Shown: one piece after another, positions 1-5,293 of the stretch
Layout: every line of letters starts with the position of its first letter
Position numbering within the stretch: position 1 is the stretch's first letter
IMG/VR virus record: IMGVR_UViG_2695420859_000010
From: a virus
Taxonomy: Duplodnaviria; Heunggongvirae; Uroviricota; Caudoviricetes
Reading direction: 5' to 3' (one strand)
DNA: 18,376 nt
Notes under the pieces: generated by a model
The model's database searches: none
Told to the model about the DNA's origin: nothing
Seen by the model: only the letters and a program-made list of their open reading frames with translations
Translations under genes and position numbers: made by a program

Positions 1-13
1 ATTTAATATATCC

Positions 14-547
14 ATGAACACCAAAATCAAATACGGCCTGTCGGCTGCCGTTCTGGCGCTGATTGCCGCTGGTGCGTCTGCGCCTGACATTCTCGACCAG
101 TTTCTGGATGAAAAGGAAGGCAATCACACCACGGCATACCGTGATGGTGCAGGTATCTGGACCATCTGCCGTGGTGCCATCATGGTGGATGGCAAACCTG
201 TCGTTCCGGGCATGAAGTTGTCGAAGGAAAAATGCGACCAGGTTAACGCCATTGAGCGTGATAAAGCGCTGGCGTGGGTGGAGAAAAACATCAGAGTGCC
301 GCTGACCGAACCCCAGAAAGCGGGGATCGCGTCATTCTGTCCGTACAACATTGGTCCCGGTAAGTGTTTCCCGTCGACGTTTTACAGACGAATTAATGCA
401 GGTGATCGCAGGGGAGCATGCGAAGCGATTCGCTGGTGGATTAAGGACGGTGGCAGAGACTGCCGTATTCGCTCAAATAACTGTTACGGTCAGGTATTCC
501 GTCGTGACCAGGAGAGCGCGCTGGCGTGCTGGGGAATCGACAGATAA
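14..547 (+). CDS. R: Endolysin, GH24 (T4/lambda-type) lysozyme with hydrophobic N-terminal signal-anchor (SAR-like)
   Basis: 177-aa ORF. N-terminal hydrophobic stretch (YGLSAAVLALIAAGASAP) followed by the Glu-Asp-Thr catalytic region typical of phage lysozymes (EGNHTTAYRDGAGIWTICRG). Sits immediately upstream of Rz/Rz1. Confidence 0.9.
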   Translation: MNTKIKYGLSAAVLALIAAGASAPDILDQFLDEKEGNHTTAYRDGAGIWTICRGAIMVDGKPVVPGMKLSKEKCDQVNAIERDKALAWVEKNIRVPLTEPQKAGIASFCPYNIGPGKCFPSTFYRRINAGDRRGACEAIRWWIKDGGRDCRIRSNNCYGQVFRRDQESALACWGIDR

Positions 548-636
548 GCAGAATATTTTGCTGAAAAATGAGGTTGGCCAACGCGGGCGGATAACACGAA
601 GTCCTGTGAACTGGCAAAACCTAAGTGAATAAAAGT

Positions 637-678
637 AAAAACCCCGTTTGTTGGCACCAAGCGGGGTTTTGTGTTTCT
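637..678 (+). terminator. Rho-independent terminator-like hairpin downstream of the endolysin gene
   Basis: AAAACCCCGTTTG ... CAAGCGGGGTTTT inverted repeat (about 12 bp, one G-U) followed by a T-rich run; the A-tract upstream makes it potentially bidirectional. Confidence 0.5.
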
Positions 679-703
679 GACCTTGAGTAAGGCAAGGGAG
701 AAC

Positions 704-886
704 ATGGCGAAGTATAAACGAATTCTGTTGAGGTTGACTATGAAAAATGGCCTTGAACTGAAAGCGCCTGTAACTGATGACATCAGCAGAGCACTGGCTT
801 TTGCCATTAAGTGGGTGGCGGTCGGTGTTGCTGTGTCCCCGATGCTGTATGGGCTGGCAAAACTGGTCATTGCGTTGAAATCGTGA
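704..886 (+). CDS. Hypothetical small protein (60 aa) with C-terminal hydrophobic helix
   Basis: ATG at 704 preceded by AAGGGAG with a 5-nt spacer. The track ORF starting at 671 would begin inside the terminator stem, so the internal ATG is preferred. C-terminal segment [27 protein letters not shown] is hydrophobic. Confidence 0.45.
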   Translation: MAKYKRILLRLTMKNGLELKAPVTDDISRALAFAIKWVAVGVAVSPMLYGLAKLVIALKS

Positions 887-900
887 AGGGAGGATTAAGC

Positions 901-1032
901 ATGTCAGACAAACTCATAACGCTGGCGAAGATCCTCTGTGTAATTGTCGGCATTTCATTTTCACTAATGCTGGTTGCTCTTTTTCTTTCCATGGCCTGGA
1001 TGATGTTGTCTTCGTCGGGGTTGCTGGGGTGA
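901..1032 (+). CDS. Hypothetical small membrane protein (43 aa)
   Basis: ATG at 901 preceded by GAAGGGAGG. Protein [43 protein letters not shown] is essentially a single transmembrane helix. Its end overlaps the Rz start. Confidence 0.4.
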   Translation: MSDKLITLAKILCVIVGISFSLMLVALFLSMAWMMLSSSGLLG

Positions 1033-1502
1033 ACATAAACCGAATGCTTTCCGCGTTTATCGTTATTCTGCTGGTGGCCTGTGGTGCGCTGTGGATGGCA
1101 ACAGACCATTACCGTGATAACGCGATTACCTACAAAGCGCAGCGCGATAACAAAGCCAGTGAACTGAAGCTGGCGAACGCAACCATTACTGATATGCAGG
1201 TGCGCCAGCGCGATGTTGCTGCGCTCGATGCAAAATACTCGAGGGAATTAGCCGATGCGAGAGCTGAAAATGAAACTCTTCGCGCTGACGTTGCCGCTGG
1301 TCGTAAGCGCCTGCGGATCAACGCCACCTGTCCAGGCTCCGTGCGTGAAGCCCCCACCACCTCCGGCGTGGATAATGCAACCGGCCCCCGACTGGCAGAC
1401 ACCGCTGAACGGGATTATTTCACCCTCAGAGAGCGGCTGATGACGATGCACAAGCAACTGGAAGGGGCACAGGAATATATCCGTACTCAGTGCCTGAAAT
1501 AA
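1029..1502 (+). CDS. Rz: Rz i-spanin (inner-membrane spanin subunit)
   Basis: 157-aa ORF with N-terminal TM segment then a coiled-coil periplasmic domain; the [14 protein letters not shown] and [15 protein letters not shown] motifs match lambda Rz. GTG start at 1029; an ATG at 1044 is an alternative. Confidence 0.85.
   Translation: MNINRMLSAFIVILLVACGALWMATDHYRDNAITYKAQRDNKASELKLANATITDMQVRQRDVAALDAKYSRELADARAENETLRADVAAGRKRLRINATCPGSVREAPTTSGVDNATGPRLADTAERDYFTLRERLMTMHKQLEGAQEYIRTQCLK
1255..1440 (+). CDS. Rz1: Rz1 o-spanin, outer-membrane lipoprotein embedded in Rz in the +1 frame
   Basis: Signal peptide with lipobox (LPLVVSAC), then a proline-rich mature region ([26 protein letters not shown]) very close to lambda Rz1. 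Lies wholly inside Rz in another frame. Confidence 0.8.
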   Translation: MRELKMKLFALTLPLVVSACGSTPPVQAPCVKPPPPPAWIMQPAPDWQTPLNGIISPSESG

Positions 1503-1852
1503 GTTTTGTTGATGCGCCGTATCGTCGCTGTATTCCCTCATTAACAGAGACCGCAGCCCGACAGGGAGACTCCTCTGCGCGAGTGTGCGGGGATAATCAA
1601 AAACGATACACACCGGGGTTTACCGTGTTAACGGAGCGCGGCGTTGTCCCCTCATAGTCGCCTGTCCGGTGCGATGGTGGAAGAAGCCGGATGTTTATCA
1701 CTATTAATTGATGACACAGAAATGGATTCATTGAATTTCAGCACGTTTTTGTATTCGTGTTATTGAACATCTGTTTATTTTACTTTTAACATATTGATAA
1801 TAAAAAGAGCTGTAAATCTTTAGATGAGTCGATTTTGTCCGGGGAAGTTCAA

Positions 1853-1993
1853 ATGGATTTTATGCTGACGGTTTCTGGTGTGGTTATCCTGTCCATTGCT
1901 TATACTGCAGATAAATATGGCTGCCATTTGTTATCACGTATTGGCGCTTATTGTTCGTTGATGCTGATTTTCTCGTCGCTTTTTTTTGAGTAA
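1853..1993 (+). CDS. Hypothetical 46-aa hydrophobic peptide in AT-rich moron
   Basis: ATG at 1853 with GGGGAAG a few nt upstream. Translation MDFMLTVSGVVILSIAYTADKYGCHLLSRIGAYCSLMLIFSSLFFE has two hydrophobic segments. Lies in a segment far more AT-rich than its flanks. No recognised homologue. Confidence 0.25.
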   Translation: MDFMLTVSGVVILSIAYTADKYGCHLLSRIGAYCSLMLIFSSLFFE

Positions 1994-2125
1994 GTTATAT
2001 TAATTATAACAAATAATTTTCTGTGTTATTTTTTCAGGCTATCCCGTCAGAGGGGAAGCCTGTACTGCCGGGGAGCGAATGGAAAACTGATGTGTCCGGT
2101 AACTGCGTGTTCTGTGAACACCATG

Positions 2126-2311
2126 TTACTTAATTATGTAATTCATACCCGAACTCTCTGTTGACAGCCTTCTTCTGCAGGCTTCAATAACCCACGCTGA
2201 AAAGTTACTGGACCCTTTATGCTCAAGGGCGATGTTGATCTGTTCAATCATGTGATTGGGGAAACGGATATTGCGGGTTGTGGTTCTGCGGGTCCGGTTT
2301 TTCGATGACAT
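2126..2311 (-). CDS. DUF3950-like small DNA-binding protein, probable ribbon-helix-helix fold (YlcI-like)
   Basis: Minus-strand ORF starting at the internal ATG (MSSKNRTRRTTTRNIRFPNHMIEQINIALEHKGSSNFSAWVIEACRRRL...). Basic N-terminus, short beta-strand and two helices typical of Arc/CopG-like proteins. I recall similar small proteins next to the terminase genes in DLP12-type prophages. Only minus-strand gene in the window. Confidence 0.65.
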   Translation of the reverse strand: MSSKNRTRRTTTRNIRFPNHMIEQINIALEHKGSSNFSAWVIEACRRRLSTESSGMNYIIK

Positions 2312-2352
2312 ATTTATTTCCTTTACTGATTGCCATATGACGGGGATTTTAC

Positions 2353-2718
2353 ATGGCTGAGCTTCGTACACTCCAGAGCAGAATCAAAACTCTGAACACC
2401 CGACGGGTGAATATTCTGAAGGGGGAACAGCGTCGTGTCAGTGGCAGTGCACGTGTTTCCCTCAAGCGTCATATCTGGCTCAGGGATGCCGGGCAGTGCT
2501 GTCTCTGTGGTCGTGTGGTTGACCTCTGTGACAGTGAACTCGATCACCGCATTGCACTTCAGTTCGGTGGTGGTAATGAGGAGACGAATCTCTGGACGCT
2601 CTGTACCGAATGCCATCGCCAGAAGTCAGTCAGTGAAACGGCGAGTGGTATGCCGGACCCGACGCTGCCGGAGGTGTCCGGAGGTCATGGCAGGGCAGAC
2701 GATATCATCGGACTGTGA
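2353..2718 (+). CDS. HNH endonuclease (terminase-associated)
   Basis: 121-aa ORF with Cys pairs and the HNH core (CCLCGRVVDLCDSELDHRIALQFGGGNEETNLWTLCTECHRQK). Directly upstream of the terminase genes, as in HK97-like cos phages. Confidence 0.85.
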   Translation: MAELRTLQSRIKTLNTRRVNILKGEQRRVSGSARVSLKRHIWLRDAGQCCLCGRVVDLCDSELDHRIALQFGGGNEETNLWTLCTECHRQKSVSETASGMPDPTLPEVSGGHGRADDIIGL

Positions 2719-2808
2719 TCCGCCCCGGGGGGGGGATCATCCGGCGAAAAAAACGATCGCCCCGGACACCGCCCCCCGTCTCATGCAGAGAAAAAATTCC
2801 TGTTTCAG

Positions 2809-2936
2809 GCCAGTTAACATGTTAACTGGCTGCCCGGGCATTTTTTCGGTTTTTATCTTTATTATTCAGTTTGTTGTGCGAAAAAAATGTTAACTGGCTT
2901 TTTCAGCAAATGTTAACCAGGCAGCAGTTAACATTT
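2809..2936. promoter_or_regulatory. Array of ATGTTAAC half-sites: a perfect 22-bp palindrome plus three further copies; candidate terminase small-subunit binding sites (cosB-like) or operator
   Basis: GCCAGTTAACATGTTAACTGGC at 2809-2830 is its own reverse complement. Further copies at 2887-2898 (ATGTTAACTGGC), 2910-2919 and 2925-2934, the last two forming AAATGTTAAC-N9-GTTAACATTT. AT-rich tract between them. Function is inferred from position between HNH and TerS. Confidence 0.4.
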
Positions 2937-3008
2937 GCGGCATGAGACGCCGGGAAAAATGGGCTGAACCATACCCGGCTGAGTGCGTTATGGACCCGGG
3001 AGGAGGCT

Positions 3009-3572
3009 GTGCTGACAACGCAAAAACGAAAATTTGCGCTGGCGCTCATGTCCGGGAAAAACAAAACAGCGTCAGCCATTGCCGCCGGTTATTCGGCGAA
3101 GACCGCCAGGGTTAAAGGCTCGCAGCTGGCAAAAGATCCGGAGGTGCTCGCGTTTATAGCCCGTAAACAGTGCGAAACGGTGGAGATGGATGAGGTTCCT
3201 GTTTACCGGCAGAAAAAATCAGAGCAGGAGGATAAACCCCGTCGCCGTGAGGTGGCTGCAATACCACAGCCGGACGAAAACAATCCGGAGATGCCTCCGC
3301 CCGCGGTGATATCTCATGGTATTGAATATATGGAGGATGGTCTTCCCGATCCGGTGAAAGCTATGGGGCAGATCCTGGTGGAAAACCTGATAATTGACCC
3401 GAAACTGGCACTGGATGCGGCCTGGCGACTGGCGCAGTTCACACACCATAAAAAAGGCGATGCCGGTAAAAAATCGGCAAAAGGTGATGCCGCGAAAAAA
3501 GCGGCTAACCGTTTTGCGGTGCCACCACCTCCCCGACTGGTGGTGAATAACCAGAATGAGGAAAGCGGATGA
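3009..3572 (+). CDS. Terminase small subunit (P27-family-like)
   Basis: 187-aa ORF, GTG start after GGGAGGAGG. N-terminal HTH-like region (KRKFALALMSGKNKTASAIAAGYSAKTARVKGSQLAKDPEV) typical of phage small terminases. Stop overlaps the TerL start (ATGA). Confidence 0.8.
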   Translation: MLTTQKRKFALALMSGKNKTASAIAAGYSAKTARVKGSQLAKDPEVLAFIARKQCETVEMDEVPVYRQKKSEQEDKPRRREVAAIPQPDENNPEMPPPAVISHGIEYMEDGLPDPVKAMGQILVENLIIDPKLALDAAWRLAQFTHHKKGDAGKKSAKGDAAKKAANRFAVPPPPRLVVNNQNEESG

Positions 3573-5230
3573 TACCTGTATGGAGCACGGCATGTCCGGA
3601 CTGGGCAGAGCGCCTGAAAAAGGGACTGTCGATTATTCCGGCTCCGATTTATCCGGACCAGGCTGCACATGCCCTGGCGATTTTTAAACAACTGCGAATT
3701 GTGGATGCACCGGGTAGCCCGACATTCGGGGAGTCCTGTGCACCGTGGGTGTTTGACCTGGTGGCGGCCCTGTTTGGCTCCTACGATGCGCAGACCGGTG
3801 TTCGCCATATCAAGGAAGTGTTTATCCTTATCCCCAAGAAAAACAGTAAGTCCACGCTGGCCGCGGGGATCATGATGACGGCGCTGTTACTGAACTGGCG
3901 GCAGGCGGCGGGCTACACCATTCTGGCCCCGACCGTGGAGGTGGCGGCTAACGCCTTCAACCCTGCCCGGGATATGGTACGACGGGACGATGATCTGGAT
4001 GACCTCTGTCAGGTGCAGACACATATCCGGACCATCACCCATCGGGTGACGGACACCACCCTGAAGGTGGTGGCAGCCGATCCGAATACGGTGTCCGGTA
4101 TCAAGTCCGTGGGGACACTGATTGATGAACTGTGGCTGTTTGGCAAGCAGTACAAAGCGGAAGACATGCTACGTGAAGCCATCGGCGGGCTTGCCTCCCG
4201 TCCGGAAGGATTTGTGGTGTACACAACCACCCAGTCGAATGAACCGCCTGCCGGGGTGTTCAGACAGAAACTGCAGTATGCCCGGGATGTCCGTGACGGC
4301 AAAATTCATGATCCGCACTTTCTGCCGGTGATTTTTGAGCATCCTCCTGAAATGGTGGAAAGCGGGGCTCACCTGCTGATGGAAAACCTCGCCATGGTCA
4401 ATCCGAATCTCGGTTATTCGGTGGATGAGGCTTTTCTGTACCGGGAGTACCGTAAAGCCCGGGAGGCTGGTGAGGAAGCATTTCGTGGCTTCATGTCAAA
4501 ACACGCCAATGTGGAAATCGGTCTTGCCCTGCGTTCTGACCGCTGGGCGGGCGCGGATTTCTGGGAGCAGCAGGGCAGGCGCGTCAGCCTGGACGATATC
4601 CTGCAGCGCGCTGATGTGGTGACGGTGGGGATTGACGGCGGGGGCCTGGATGATCTGCTGGGAATGTACGTGACTGGCCGTGACAGGGAAACCCGCGAAT
4701 GGCTGGGCTGGGGCCATGCCTGGGTGCATGAAACCGCGGTGGTCAGACGGAAGAGTGAGGCATCCCGGTTTCAGGATTTTGTGGCCTGTGGAGACATGAC
4801 GATTGTCCGTCGGGTCGGGGATGACACGGCGGAAGTGGCGGAGTATGTGCGTCGTATTCATGAGGCTGAGTTACTGGATCATATCGGTATTGACCCGTCA
4901 GGTGTGGGGCAGATTCTGGATTCACTGGCGGAAGCCGGGATCCCCGATGAGAGTGTGGTGGGGATAAGCCAGGGCTGGAAGCTGGGCGGGGCCATCAAAA
5001 CCACCGAGCGCAAACTGGCTGAGGGAGTGCTGGTGCATGGTGGTCAGCCACTGATGGCCTGGTGCGTTGGCAATGCCCGGGTGGAGCCTAAAGGTAACGC
5101 CATTCTTATCACCAAACAGGCCAGTGGACGGGGAAAAATTGACCCGCTGATGGCGCTGTTCAATGCGGTCTCCCTGATGTCCCTTAACCCGGAACCGAAA
5201 AAGAAAGAATATGTGGTTTTTTTCATATAA
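3569..5230 (+). CDS. Terminase large subunit
   Basis: 553-aa ORF with a Walker-A-like ATPase segment (ILIPKKNSKSTLAAG) and a C-terminal nuclease-like region; translationally coupled to TerS. Confidence 0.9.
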   Translation: MIPVWSTACPDWAERLKKGLSIIPAPIYPDQAAHALAIFKQLRIVDAPGSPTFGESCAPWVFDLVAALFGSYDAQTGVRHIKEVFILIPKKNSKSTLAAGIMMTALLLNWRQAAGYTILAPTVEVAANAFNPARDMVRRDDDLDDLCQVQTHIRTITHRVTDTTLKVVAADPNTVSGIKSVGTLIDELWLFGKQYKAEDMLREAIGGLASRPEGFVVYTTTQSNEPPAGVFRQKLQYARDVRDGKIHDPHFLPVIFEHPPEMVESGAHLLMENLAMVNPNLGYSVDEAFLYREYRKAREAGEEAFRGFMSKHANVEIGLALRSDRWAGADFWEQQGRRVSLDDILQRADVVTVGIDGGGLDDLLGMYVTGRDRETREWLGWGHAWVHETAVVRRKSEASRFQDFVACGDMTIVRRVGDDTAEVAEYVRRIHEAELLDHIGIDPSGVGQILDSLAEAGIPDESVVGISQGWKLGGAIKTTERKLAEGVLVHGGQPLMAWCVGNARVEPKGNAILITKQASGRGKIDPLMALFNAVSLMSLNPEPKKKEYVVFFI

Positions 5231-5254
5231 CCCTGTTCACACTGTAACCATCAC

Positions 5255-5280
5255 GAACCGCTCCGGCGGTTTTTTTATTT
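5255..5280 (+). terminator. Terminator-like hairpin plus T-tract immediately upstream of the capsid gene RBS
   Basis: GAACCGC-TCCG-GCGGTT stem-loop followed by TTTTTTTATTTT, then CAGGAGGC and the GTG start at 5294. Confidence 0.4.
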
Positions 5281-5293
5281 TCAGGAGGCTGAT

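Noticed and set aside
671-703. GTG start at 671 for the first small ORF
   Set aside because: It would place the start codon inside the terminator stem with no SD; the in-frame ATG at 704 has an AAGGGAG SD at proper spacing.
1500-2130. bor-like lipoprotein or tRNA genes in the moron slot
   Set aside because: No ORF with a lipobox of the expected size on either strand, and I could not find a convincing tRNA cloverleaf (no acceptor/T-arm pairing around the GTTCAAAT at 1847-1854) by eye. A tRNA-scanning tool would settle this.
2435-2893. 152-aa + strand ORF overlapping the HNH gene in another frame
   Set aside because: The HNH frame carries the recognisable motif; this alternate frame runs on into the non-coding palindrome region and has no start context.
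2809-2936. Possible CRISPR or transposon inverted repeats
   Set aside because: The copies are 8-12 bp half-sites in palindromic arrangement within 130 bp, typical of protein-binding sites; no transposase gene or target-site duplication nearby.
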